Below, one piece after another: positions 20,518 to 29,083 of a DNA stretch of 64,000 nt. Position 1 is the stretch's first letter; each line of letters begins with the position of its first letter. Source of the stretch: Desulfobacterales bacterium (lineage in GTDB: Bacteria > Desulfobacterota > Desulfobacteria > Desulfobacterales > SpSt-501); NCBI GenBank assembly GCA_025454115.1, contig JALOPB010000003.1, forward strand, positions 7,036-71,035, written 5' to 3'. The notes under the pieces are model-generated. The model was given only the letters and a program-made list of their open reading frames with translations. It was not told the DNA's origin and did no database searches. The translations under genes and the position numbers were made by a program.

Positions 20518-21087
20518 ATGCCGAGCACCTATGACGGCTCCTTAAAGGGACATTTTCTGGTGGCGATGCCCGGGTTGGCCGACCCCAATTTCGCGCAGAC
20601 GGTCACGTGCATCTGCGAACACAACGAACTGGGGGCCATGGGGATCGTGGTCAATCGTGTCCACGACGACCTGCTCGCCCGGGATATCTTCGACGAATTG
20701 TCGATTGGCGGCGAGATGCACGCCAAGGCCATCCCGGTGCATGCCGGTGGCCCCGTGCACAGCGGCGAGCTGTTCATCCTTCACGGCCGGCCATTTGAGT
20801 GGGAGGCCTCCCTGATGGTGACACCGTCTCTGGCGCTGACCAACACCCGGGATATTCTCGAAGCCATCGCCGCCGGGCACGGACCGAAGACGTTCATGAT
20901 CAGTTTGGGCTGCGCCGGATGGGGTCCGGGGCAGTTGGAGGCGGAAATAAAGGAAAACGCATGGCTGACGCATCCGGTGTTCGAAGAGCCGATTTTCGTT
21001 CTTCCGGTGGCGGTGCGCTGGGAGGAAACTCTGCGCCGCATGGGAGTCAACCCGGCCATGCTATCGGACACCGCGGGGCATGCGTGA
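20518..21087 (+). CDS. YqgE/AlgH family protein (UPF0301)
   Basis: Sequence LKGHFLVAMPGLADPNFAQTVTCICEHNELGAMGIVVNR. Start taken at the ATG at 20518. Confidence 0.85.
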   Translation: MPSTYDGSLKGHFLVAMPGLADPNFAQTVTCICEHNELGAMGIVVNRVHDDLLARDIFDELSIGGEMHAKAIPVHAGGPVHSGELFILHGRPFEWEASLMVTPSLALTNTRDILEAIAAGHGPKTFMISLGCAGWGPGQLEAEIKENAWLTHPVFEEPIFVLPVAVRWEETLRRMGVNPAMLSDTAGHA

Positions 21088-21095
21088 AATTCGCG

Positions 21096-21242
21096 TCAGT
21101 CCTTGCTGGTTTCTTTGGCTTTCGGCTTCTTTTTCTTTAGACAGGCCTTGTCCCGACGGACAAACGCACAGAGCTTGGGATTGTAGTATTCTTTGCAGTT
21201 CAGCGGGTTATAGAGAGGACATTCAGGATGTTTCTCGGACAT
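21096..21242 (-). CDS. Small (48 aa) 4-Cys protein with a lysine-rich tail, function unknown
   Basis: Full sequence MSEKHPECPLYNPLNCKEYYNPKLCAFVRRDKACLKKKKPKAKETSKD. Four Cys residues are spaced 7-8 residues apart. A ggggaa lies about 9 nt upstream of the ATG. It fills the gap between convergent and divergent neighbours. Confidence 0.4.
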   Translation of the reverse strand: MSEKHPECPLYNPLNCKEYYNPKLCAFVRRDKACLKKKKPKAKETSKD

Positions 21243-21426
21243 ACGCCGACATTCCCCTTGCGGTCGATGACTTCTTACCGCCGCGCCGATAGTCGACAAG
21301 GATGCCGCTATCTCTTGATACCGTCGCTGAGCCTATATCATATCTAAAAATCCCTTACAAGATGATAGCCAATTGCGGCCTTGGTCGGAAGCGGCCGAAT
21401 TCTCGGACAGGCTGGAACCAACGGTG

Positions 21427-23685
21427 ATGACGGTTATGGACGGTTACGGGCATCAGAAAAGCACCATGCTGCAGATCAATCAAGATGTCGGCTCGCTCTT
21501 TCAGGTCGCTCGATCGATTCCCGGGCTTGCGGACGTGAGCTTCGGCGATTGGGAGAAGACCTGCGCGGAGTTACCCGGGCAGCTGAACGCGCCCATCATC
21601 CGCGTCGGCGTGGTGGGACCCATCAAGTCCGGAAAAAGCACCTTCCTGAACGCCTTGCTTAAAGGCGATTTCCTGAAGCGCGGGGCCGGCGTGGTGACAT
21701 CGATTGTGACGCGGGTGCGGGCGGGGGAACGCCTGCGGGCCACATTGTACTACAAGTCCTGGGACGAAGTGAACGCCGACATGGAGCAGGCTCTGGTGTT
21801 GTTTCCTTCGCTTCACTGGCGCTCTGCCGAAGATCGGTTCGATATCCGCCGGGAGCCGGAGCGTATCGAGCTTCAGCAGGCGCTGAACGCGTTAAACGCC
21901 GACCTCCGAATTTCCGAAGACACTCGCAACCACAATATGGTGCTGCTATCCTGCTATCTGAAAGGGTATGACGCGGTTCGTCCGTTCATGATGGACCAGC
22001 AGGCCGTCCGGCATTATGAGGCCGAGCGGTTTAAGGAGCACTGGAAATTCACGGGGAACGAATCATTGGCAGTATATCTTCGCGACATCCAGCTGGACAT
22101 CGATTCCGGCGTCGTCGGCGGCAACATTGAAATCGCGGACTGCCAGGGCAGCGACTCTTCCAACCCCTTGCATCTGGCCATGATCCAAGACTACCTGCGG
22201 TCGGCTCATTTGCTGATTTACGTCATCAGCAGTCGCACCGGTCTCCGTCGTGCCGACATCAAGTTTCTCACCATGATCAAGAAAATGGGCATTCTTGACA
22301 ACACGCTTTTTGTGTTGAACTGCGATTTCAGCGAGCACCCGTCCCTCGACGACCTCAAGACGCTGACGGGCCGGGTATCCGATGAGCTGGCGCTCATCCG
22401 GCCACGGCCGGAGGTGTATGCCTTTTCCGCCCTGTTCAACCTGTTCGATTCCCAGAATGCCAACCTGGCGGAGCGCGACCGGCGACGGATGGATCATTGG
22501 AGGGCCGAAGCGGATCTGGTGGGCTTTTCCGACCACGAAACCGGCCGATTTGCCGGCCGCTTCAATCTGATTTTAGAGCGTCAGCGATATGCACTTCTGC
22601 TGCAAAATCCCATTGAGCGGCTGGGCAGCATCGCCGCCGGCATGTCGCATTGGATCGGGGTCAATCGCGATATCCTCTCGCGGGATGCCGCCAGCGCCCG
22701 TAACGTCTCTGAGCGCATTCGGCGGCATCGGGAACGATTCGAGCAGATCCTGGCGGCGTTGAAAAGCTCGTTGTCCGGGAAGATACCCGCGATCAAGCAG
22801 GAAGTGGCCCAAGACGTCAACCGCTTTTTGACGCCGCGCTCCGGCGAGATCGTCGCCGCCATCGACACCTTTATTTCCGGCTATCGGCTGGTTCCGGACA
22901 GTTACATGGAGCGCTTACGCCATTCCGGATTTTTTCAGACATTGTACCATGTGTTCCAGGTGTTTAAACAGGCACTGGATTCGTTCATCACCGAGCACAT
23001 CAATCCGGCAATCATCCGGTTCATCGCCACGGAAGAAGCTAAAATTCGGGATGCGCTGGAATCCGTTGCGATGCCCTATCAAAGCCTGATCGACGATGCT
23101 TACACGGAGTTTTGCAGCCTCATGTCGCAGTTGGGTATTTCGATCGACTGCACCGGCCCGGAAAGCATCGGGATACCCAGCGTTGAAAATCTGCTGCGGC
23201 AAGCCGGGCTCAACGTCCCCCCCCTCGCCACGACCATTGGCTATACCGCACGCATCCGAACCGAGGCCGTCCTGCGGCGAGGGCTCTACCGAACGGTGAG
23301 TGGATTAAAAAAAATCATGAAAAAACCGGTGACGCGCGATGAGGACGATGCGAAGGCCATACAGGAGGCCATGCGGGCGATTAAGCGCGAAACCCGGCAG
23401 TCGCTGGAGTTCCACCTGAAGGATTATCAAGAGAACCTCAAGTTCCGATACCTGTTTCGTCTCGCTGATACGGTCGCACAGCGTTTCGAACAGGCGGTCG
23501 GGCAACAGCTTGAGGCTTATTCGGCCGATTTCGGCATTCTGGCGGAGCGTCTTGGCACTCAGCAAGGCGACAAGGAAAGCGCCGCCGCGCTGCTGGACGA
23601 TATGCACCTGCGCTGTCGGAAAACCAGCGAAGCCCTCGCACGGCTGAAAGGGGACCTTTCCGAGGCGGTGCAACCCAGCGCCTGA
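21427..23685 (+). CDS. Bacterial dynamin-like GTPase
   Basis: G1 motif VGVVGPIKSGKSTFLNALL, G3-like IADCQGSDS, G4-like LNCDFSE, and a long helical C-terminal part. The start is uncertain (TTG 21373, GTG 21424, ATG 21427 or ATG 21436). Confidence 0.7.
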   Translation: MTVMDGYGHQKSTMLQINQDVGSLFQVARSIPGLADVSFGDWEKTCAELPGQLNAPIIRVGVVGPIKSGKSTFLNALLKGDFLKRGAGVVTSIVTRVRAGERLRATLYYKSWDEVNADMEQALVLFPSLHWRSAEDRFDIRREPERIELQQALNALNADLRISEDTRNHNMVLLSCYLKGYDAVRPFMMDQQAVRHYEAERFKEHWKFTGNESLAVYLRDIQLDIDSGVVGGNIEIADCQGSDSSNPLHLAMIQDYLRSAHLLIYVISSRTGLRRADIKFLTMIKKMGILDNTLFVLNCDFSEHPSLDDLKTLTGRVSDELALIRPRPEVYAFSALFNLFDSQNANLAERDRRRMDHWRAEADLVGFSDHETGRFAGRFNLILERQRYALLLQNPIERLGSIAAGMSHWIGVNRDILSRDAASARNVSERIRRHRERFEQILAALKSSLSGKIPAIKQEVAQDVNRFLTPRSGEIVAAIDTFISGYRLVPDSYMERLRHSGFFQTLYHVFQVFKQALDSFITEHINPAIIRFIATEEAKIRDALESVAMPYQSLIDDAYTEFCSLMSQLGISIDCTGPESIGIPSVENLLRQAGLNVPPLATTIGYTARIRTEAVLRRGLYRTVSGLKKIMKKPVTRDEDDAKAIQEAMRAIKRETRQSLEFHLKDYQENLKFRYLFRLADTVAQRFEQAVGQQLEAYSADFGILAERLGTQQGDKESAAALLDDMHLRCRKTSEALARLKGDLSEAVQPSA

Positions 23686-23698
23686 GCCGGGTCGGGCG

Positions 23699-25423
23699 TC
23701 AACGACCGATCTGAGACAGCCGCGTTCGCGCGAATTCGATGCCGGGATCCAGGCTCAGGGCTATCTCATAGCAGTCCCTGGCCTTGGCGATTTGCCCGAG
23801 GGCCTGATAGTTGACTCCGAGGTTGGCATGGTCGATGGCTGAACTCGGATCCAGCGCGATCACCCGCTGAAAAGCCGCTACCGCCTCCTCATGGTCGCCG
23901 CGTTTGAAGTGACAGAATCCGATCAGGTTATGAATATCCGTGCGCTCCGAATCGATTTCTAAGCCCTTGCGTAGAAATCCAAGCGCTTCCTCAAATTGGC
24001 CGACCTCTTTGTGAGCCAGCCCCAGGTAACTAAATATGCTAGGCGCTTCCGCCGGATCCGGGTTCAGCTCCAAAGCACGCTGGAAGTGCAAAATCGCCGG
24101 TTCCGGCTCGGCCGCCCTCAGCCGAACCAAGCCCAGGTAAAACGGAATAAAGTATTTCCCGGGAAGGTCCGAGTCGATGCGCTCCAGCGCGGCAATCGCC
24201 TGGCCGGTGGGCAGTGTTTCAGCGGCATGCTTGGCCGCAAACATTAGCACGCTGGTGCTTCGCGATCGTTCTCGGAAATGGGCTCCCGGAACGATGGTGT
24301 AATATGCCGGGACTTGAATTCCGGGGTGTTGGGTTTCAACCAGCAACACCTCAAGTCCGCGGCGGGCCAATGCCTGAATGCAGCTTTCGATTTCGATACG
24401 GATGTTGGAGTGGGACAGGTCGGGTAGGCTGGACAGCGCCACCTTGGCGCCGGCATTGGTCACATAGCCCGCATCCGCCAAATTTCGGAACTTGGGAAGT
24501 CCGCTGGCGACATAGTTGGCGCCGGAATTGAAATCACCGGCCAGTTGGGCCACTTCGGTAAGCGCCCGACTCAAGGCTTTTTCTGGGCTCGGTGTCGTGC
24601 CGGCGGTCCAGACGATTTCACTGGTTTGCGGATGGGTTTGAGGATCATACGCCAGCACGCCTACCGTGGGGATTCCGGTGTCGAGGGTGAAATCCGAAAT
24701 GAACAGGCGGATTCCGCACTGGCGGTATTTGCCCAGCATGTCGACGACCAGAGGGTCTTGTGCGGATTCGGGGCGGATCGCCGGAACGCAACGTCGTTCG
24801 TGGCTGATGATGGATGACACATGGCGCTCCACGATTTCGCAGATGCCTTGCAAAATAGCCTCTTCCCTGCAATTGCCTGCAGAGGATCCATTGAATTCGT
24901 TGATGGCGAAAAACCAGTCGAACGGGATCATGACGGTCTGGTTTCGGGTCAGGTTGAATGCCCGGGTCCATTTGAAAGAGAGAGATTCAAAGATACGGCG
25001 GGCGGCGGGCAGATCTTCTGAGGCATCGTGAACCGAACCGGCGATGCTCTCAAAGGCGATGGCAGGTTCGTGGAGAGCGCTGAGGGGGCCTTCCGTGAAA
25101 TGCGCCGGAGTTTGCATGAAGCTGAACAGACTGAACCGTTCGGCCAGTTCCATTACGGCGCTCGCCTCAGCCTGCGCTGGCGTGGCGCCTTTTCCCATTT
25201 GTTTGCGGGTACCGATGACGCGTTGTGCATCCCGGCCACAACGGCTCAAGTAGACCGGGATTCCGAGGCGACCGTTATCAATTCGAACCGTCTCTTTAAG
25301 AAGGTCTAATGGTCCCGCTTTAAGCGTTTCACGAAACCGTTTGAGGGTTTCTTCGGGAGGGATCACCTTGTCCTGGTCCCGGGTATCGGTTTTAAACGCA
25401 TCCGCTAGCTTCAGCTCTTGCAT
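23699..25423 (-). CDS. ycaO: YcaO-domain protein with C-terminal TPR repeats
   Basis: YcaO signatures MGKGATPAQAEASAVMELAERFS and SSAGNCREEAILQGICEIVERH. The C-terminal region of about 170 aa has 4-5 TPR-like repeats (FQRALELNPD..., FLRKGLEIDSE..., FQRVIALDPS..., YEIALSLDPG...). The ATG at 25423 has aaaagga 7 nt upstream. Confidence 0.85.
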   Translation of the reverse strand: MQELKLADAFKTDTRDQDKVIPPEETLKRFRETLKAGPLDLLKETVRIDNGRLGIPVYLSRCGRDAQRVIGTRKQMGKGATPAQAEASAVMELAERFSLFSFMQTPAHFTEGPLSALHEPAIAFESIAGSVHDASEDLPAARRIFESLSFKWTRAFNLTRNQTVMIPFDWFFAINEFNGSSAGNCREEAILQGICEIVERHVSSIISHERRCVPAIRPESAQDPLVVDMLGKYRQCGIRLFISDFTLDTGIPTVGVLAYDPQTHPQTSEIVWTAGTTPSPEKALSRALTEVAQLAGDFNSGANYVASGLPKFRNLADAGYVTNAGAKVALSSLPDLSHSNIRIEIESCIQALARRGLEVLLVETQHPGIQVPAYYTIVPGAHFRERSRSTSVLMFAAKHAAETLPTGQAIAALERIDSDLPGKYFIPFYLGLVRLRAAEPEPAILHFQRALELNPDPAEAPSIFSYLGLAHKEVGQFEEALGFLRKGLEIDSERTDIHNLIGFCHFKRGDHEEAVAAFQRVIALDPSSAIDHANLGVNYQALGQIAKARDCYEIALSLDPGIEFARTRLSQIGR

Positions 25424-25513
25424 CACAGATTCCTTTTCCGGCCGCGCCTGCCTTGGTCGACGCTGGTGGCGTCCGGGTTCCGCCAACTCCGGCGGGAAAA
25501 TTGTTATTTTTCA

Positions 25514-25542
25514 TTGACCGCGTATAAATAATTTGTTAAAAA
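25514..25542 (+). promoter_or_regulatory. Candidate sigma70 promoter of tRNA-Ala (TTGACC-N17-TAAAAA)
   Basis: ttgacc at 25514-25519 and taaaaa at 25537-25542. This predicts a transcription start a few nt before the mature tRNA 5' end at 25555. Confidence 0.45.
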
Positions 25543-25554
25543 GAAAATTTGTGT

Positions 25555-25627
25555 GGGGATGTAGCTCAGCTGGGAGAGCGCGGCGTTCGCAACGCCGAGG
25601 TCAGGGGTTCGATCCCCCTCATCTCCA
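25555..25627 (+). tRNA. tRNA-Ala (anticodon CGC)
   Basis: A full 73-nt cloverleaf was drawn by hand. The acceptor stem is GGGGATG/CATCTCC with G3:U70, the anticodon loop is TTCGCAA and the T-loop is TTCGATC. The 3' CCA is not encoded. Confidence 0.9.
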
Positions 25628-25689
25628 CATGAAAATAGAAACCGGTTTTGTCGGCAGCGCGATGGGCGTCTCGCCTTGAAACCCCACAT

Positions 25690-25722
25690 CGGGTGGTCTT
25701 GCCAGGGCCGCCCGAATTTTTT
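25690..25722 (+). terminator. Rho-independent terminator after tRNA-Ala
   Basis: Stem cgggtgg / ccgcccg (one G:U pair) with an 11-nt loop, followed directly by aatttttt. Confidence 0.5.
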
Positions 25723-25789
25723 AGCTGGGGCTGGCGGGGTACCGACGGGCATTTGAACGGCGTTGAACCAGAGAAAGCAGCAAGCGGCC

Positions 25790-26377
25790 ATGAACCGAAA
25801 AGTCGAATTGGAGCGCAAAACCCGGGAAACCGCCATTCGGGTCAGCGTGGACCTGGATGGCGTCGGGCCTCCCCAGGCCAGCACCGGGATTCCTTTCTTC
25901 GACCATATGCTGAACCTGTTTGGAACTCACGGCTACATCGACATGACGATTCACGCCCACGGCGACCTCGAAGTCGACTCGCATCACACGGTCGAAGATG
26001 TCGGTATCGTTTTGGGCGACGCAATCCAAACAGCCTTGGGCGATCGGAACGGAATTCGCCGATACGGGTTTGCGGTTACACCCATGGACGAGGCGTTGGC
26101 CACAGTGGCCATCGATCTATCGCGTCGCCCCTACCTGGTATTTCATGTCCCGTCCGGCGAGGGGACCGGGCCGACCTTTAATCGCAGCCTCGCCAAGGAA
26201 TTTTTCCGAGCGCTGGCCAACCATATCGGAATGAACCTGCACATCACCGTGCCTTACGGGGAAAACGAACATCATATCCTGGAGGCCGTCTTTAAATCCT
26301 TCGGGCGTGCGCTTCGGCAGGCCGTGAGCATCGATGAACGCATATCCGGTGTGCGTTCATCGAAAGGCATGCTTTAA
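25790..26377 (+). CDS. hisB: Imidazoleglycerol-phosphate dehydratase
   Basis: Motifs ERKTRETAIRVSVDLDG, FFDHML, DSHHTVEDVGI and NEHHILEAVFKSFGRAL. Confidence 0.95.
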   Translation: MNRKVELERKTRETAIRVSVDLDGVGPPQASTGIPFFDHMLNLFGTHGYIDMTIHAHGDLEVDSHHTVEDVGIVLGDAIQTALGDRNGIRRYGFAVTPMDEALATVAIDLSRRPYLVFHVPSGEGTGPTFNRSLAKEFFRALANHIGMNLHITVPYGENEHHILEAVFKSFGRALRQAVSIDERISGVRSSKGML

Positions 26378-26422
26378 GCCGATTTTCCACCTACTTTTTA
26401 TATCAGAATTGACGATGCTGCC

Positions 26423-27184
26423 ATGTTGGTTATTCCCGCCATCGATTTGAAGGACGGCAAGTGTGTTCGGTTGATACAGGGCCGAATGCAGGACGAAACC
26501 GTATACTCGAACGACCCGGAGGCGGTCGCCCGGCGTTGGGTGGATGCTGGGGCGGAGATGTTGCATGTCGTGGATCTGGACGCTGCCGTTCAAGGAACGC
26601 CTTGCCACCAGACCCAGATCGCCGCTATCGTCCGGGCTGCCGGCGTCCCGGTGCAGGTGGGCGGAGGGATGCGTAATGTCGGTGCGGTAGCGGCGGGTTT
26701 GGCGTCAGGCGCGCAGCGTGTGATTATCGGGACGGGGGCCATCGAAAATCCGGCATTCGTTCGGGAAGCCTGCCGCGCCTTTCCCGGCAGAATCGCCGTG
26801 GGCATTGACGCCCGCCAGGGGTGGGTCGCGATTCAAGGCTGGACCCGAACGACGGAGACGCTGGCGGTCGACTTGGCGCGGCAGTTGGAAGACGTGGGAG
26901 TGTGTGCGCTCATTTTTACGGACATCCAGCGGGATGGCATGCAGACCGGCCCGAACATTGAAGAAACCCGAAAGCTGGCTGCATCCGTTCATATTCCGGT
27001 CATTGCTTCCGGCGGGGTGGGGCGGCTGGATCATATCCGCAGTTTGATGGCGTTGGAAGCGGTCGGGGTAACGGGAGTCATTACGGGCAAGGCGCTTTAT
27101 AGCGGAGAGGTGCGCTTTGAGGAGGCTTTGGCGTTGACCCGATCCGAGCGCTCGGGGTCGACGACCGCTGCGGTTCGCGCCTGA
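26423..27184 (+). CDS. hisA: ProFAR isomerase HisA
   Basis: N-terminus MLVIPAIDLKDGKCVRL, plus LHVVDLD, GGGMR and IASGGVG. Confidence 0.9.
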   Translation: MLVIPAIDLKDGKCVRLIQGRMQDETVYSNDPEAVARRWVDAGAEMLHVVDLDAAVQGTPCHQTQIAAIVRAAGVPVQVGGGMRNVGAVAAGLASGAQRVIIGTGAIENPAFVREACRAFPGRIAVGIDARQGWVAIQGWTRTTETLAVDLARQLEDVGVCALIFTDIQRDGMQTGPNIEETRKLAASVHIPVIASGGVGRLDHIRSLMALEAVGVTGVITGKALYSGEVRFEEALALTRSERSGSTTAAVRA

Positions 27185-27191
27185 AGCGGGA

Positions 27192-29045
27192 GTGTGCGCG
27201 TTGGCAGGTCATATTCCCGAAGATAAGATCACTGAGATCCGGCAGGCGGTGGATATTGTCGACGTCATTGCCGAGTCGGTTCTGTTGAAGAAGAGCGGAA
27301 AAAATTTTAGCGGGCTCTGTCCGTTTCACTCCGAAAAAACGCCATCGTTTACGGTGAGTCCCGATAAACAGATTTTTCACTGTTTCGGGTGTGGCGCCGG
27401 GGGCAATGTCTTCAGTTTCGTCATGAAACGGGACGGGGTCGGCTTTGCCGACGCGGTGCGCAACCTGGCTGCGCGTGCCGGCGTGGCGATTCCGGAACGG
27501 CCGCTATCCTCGCGTGCGGTGCGCCAGAGTAGCGAACAGAGCACGCTCTTCGAACTGAACCGATTGGCGGCGGATTATTTTCGACAGACGCTGTTGCATC
27601 AGAGCGCCGGCAAACCGGCGTTGGACTATCTGGCCCGGCGAGGATTGACCCGACAAAGCATTGAACAGTTCGAGTTGGGATACGCCCCCAAGGGATGGGA
27701 TCATCTGCTGGGATACATGGCCCGCAAAAAATTTTCAGCCGGCGTGCTTGAAAAGGCTGGCCTCGTGATTCCGCGGCGGGGCGGCGGCGGCCATTACGAT
27801 CGTTTTCGGGATCGTATCATCTTCCCCATCCATGACGAAGTGGCCCGGGTGGTCGGGTTCGGGGGGCGGGTGATGGATGATTCAACCCCGAAGTATCTGA
27901 ATTCCCCGGAGACGCTCGTTTACACCAAGCGCCGGGTGCTTTATGGTCTGAATCGGGCCAAGGATGCCTGCCGGTCTGCGGGATCGGTGTTCATTGTTGA
28001 GGGCTATCTGGATCTGATCGCGCTGCACCAGCACGGCATCCCCCATGCCGTGGCTACGCTGGGGACGGCGCTGACGGCTGAACAGATCCGGTTGCTGACG
28101 CGCTATGCCGGTCGAATGGTGCTCGTTTACGATTCGGACGAGGCCGGCATTCGATCGGCCCGGCGCTGTATCGATCTTTTCTGGAAAGAGCATGTGGACT
28201 TTCGGCGCGACGACGTCTTTCGAGAGGAACGCGCCGATACGCGGATTCTGGTGTTGCCCGAGGGACACGATCCCGACTCGTTTCTGAACGCCCAGGGCGT
28301 CGATGCGTTTCGTCGCCTGGCGCAAAGCGCGCCGGGGGTTATTACCTTCGTGATGAACCAGGCCGTTTTGCATCACGGGTTGAGTACCGAGGGCAAGATC
28401 CGAGTCGTTGCGGAATTGCAGCCATATTTAGCCGCCATCAACGATACCGTTGCGCGAGCGCTGTATGTTAAACAGCTTGCCGAGCGCATCCGACTGGAGG
28501 AATCGGTCATCTTGGACCGCCTGAAGACCCACGCCGCGCCGATGACCGCGCCCGGGCCCGGCGTTCCGGTTTCGGGTGCGTCCGTCTCCCAGCCGGTCGC
28601 AGCCGATGAACGGTTCGAGCAGCGGATCATTGCCATGATGCTGCAATTTCCGGAAATCCTCCCGGAGATCGTCAAGAATGGAATTACGGATTTTTTTTTG
28701 TATGCGCATTTAAAATCCGCCGGAGAGACCATTTTACGCCATCGCCTTCGGTCTCCGGACCAGCTCCCGGAACTGCTGGCCCGTATTGAGGAGGGAACCC
28801 TCAAACAGACCCTGGTCGCGTTGGCCATGAGTGACGAAAACTGGACGCGCAAGGGATGTCGCGCGTTTTTACGGCGGTTCGTGGAAAGCCGTCAGAAACA
28901 GGTGGACGGGCGTTCGATGCAGGCGGCGATTGAAGCGGCCGAACGCGAACATAATGAGGCAGAAGTAATGCGCCTGCTGAGTGAAAAGCAAAAGTTGGCC
29001 GTTCGGCGCGAGAAACAGAAAATGTCGGCGTTGCGCGAAAAATAA
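27192..29045 (+). CDS. dnaG: DNA primase
   Basis: Zinc-finger region [36 protein letters not shown] motifs [10 protein letters not shown] and YDSDEAG, and a C-terminal helicase-interaction region. GTG start. Confidence 0.95.
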   Translation: MCALAGHIPEDKITEIRQAVDIVDVIAESVLLKKSGKNFSGLCPFHSEKTPSFTVSPDKQIFHCFGCGAGGNVFSFVMKRDGVGFADAVRNLAARAGVAIPERPLSSRAVRQSSEQSTLFELNRLAADYFRQTLLHQSAGKPALDYLARRGLTRQSIEQFELGYAPKGWDHLLGYMARKKFSAGVLEKAGLVIPRRGGGGHYDRFRDRIIFPIHDEVARVVGFGGRVMDDSTPKYLNSPETLVYTKRRVLYGLNRAKDACRSAGSVFIVEGYLDLIALHQHGIPHAVATLGTALTAEQIRLLTRYAGRMVLVYDSDEAGIRSARRCIDLFWKEHVDFRRDDVFREERADTRILVLPEGHDPDSFLNAQGVDAFRRLAQSAPGVITFVMNQAVLHHGLSTEGKIRVVAELQPYLAAINDTVARALYVKQLAERIRLEESVILDRLKTHAAPMTAPGPGVPVSGASVSQPVAADERFEQRIIAMMLQFPEILPEIVKNGITDFFLYAHLKSAGETILRHRLRSPDQLPELLARIEEGTLKQTLVALAMSDENWTRKGCRAFLRRFVESRQKQVDGRSMQAAIEAAEREHNEAEVMRLLSEKQKLAVRREKQKMSALREK

Positions 29046-29083
29046 TGCCCGCACCGCTGGAGGATTCGGGGAGACACCACGAT

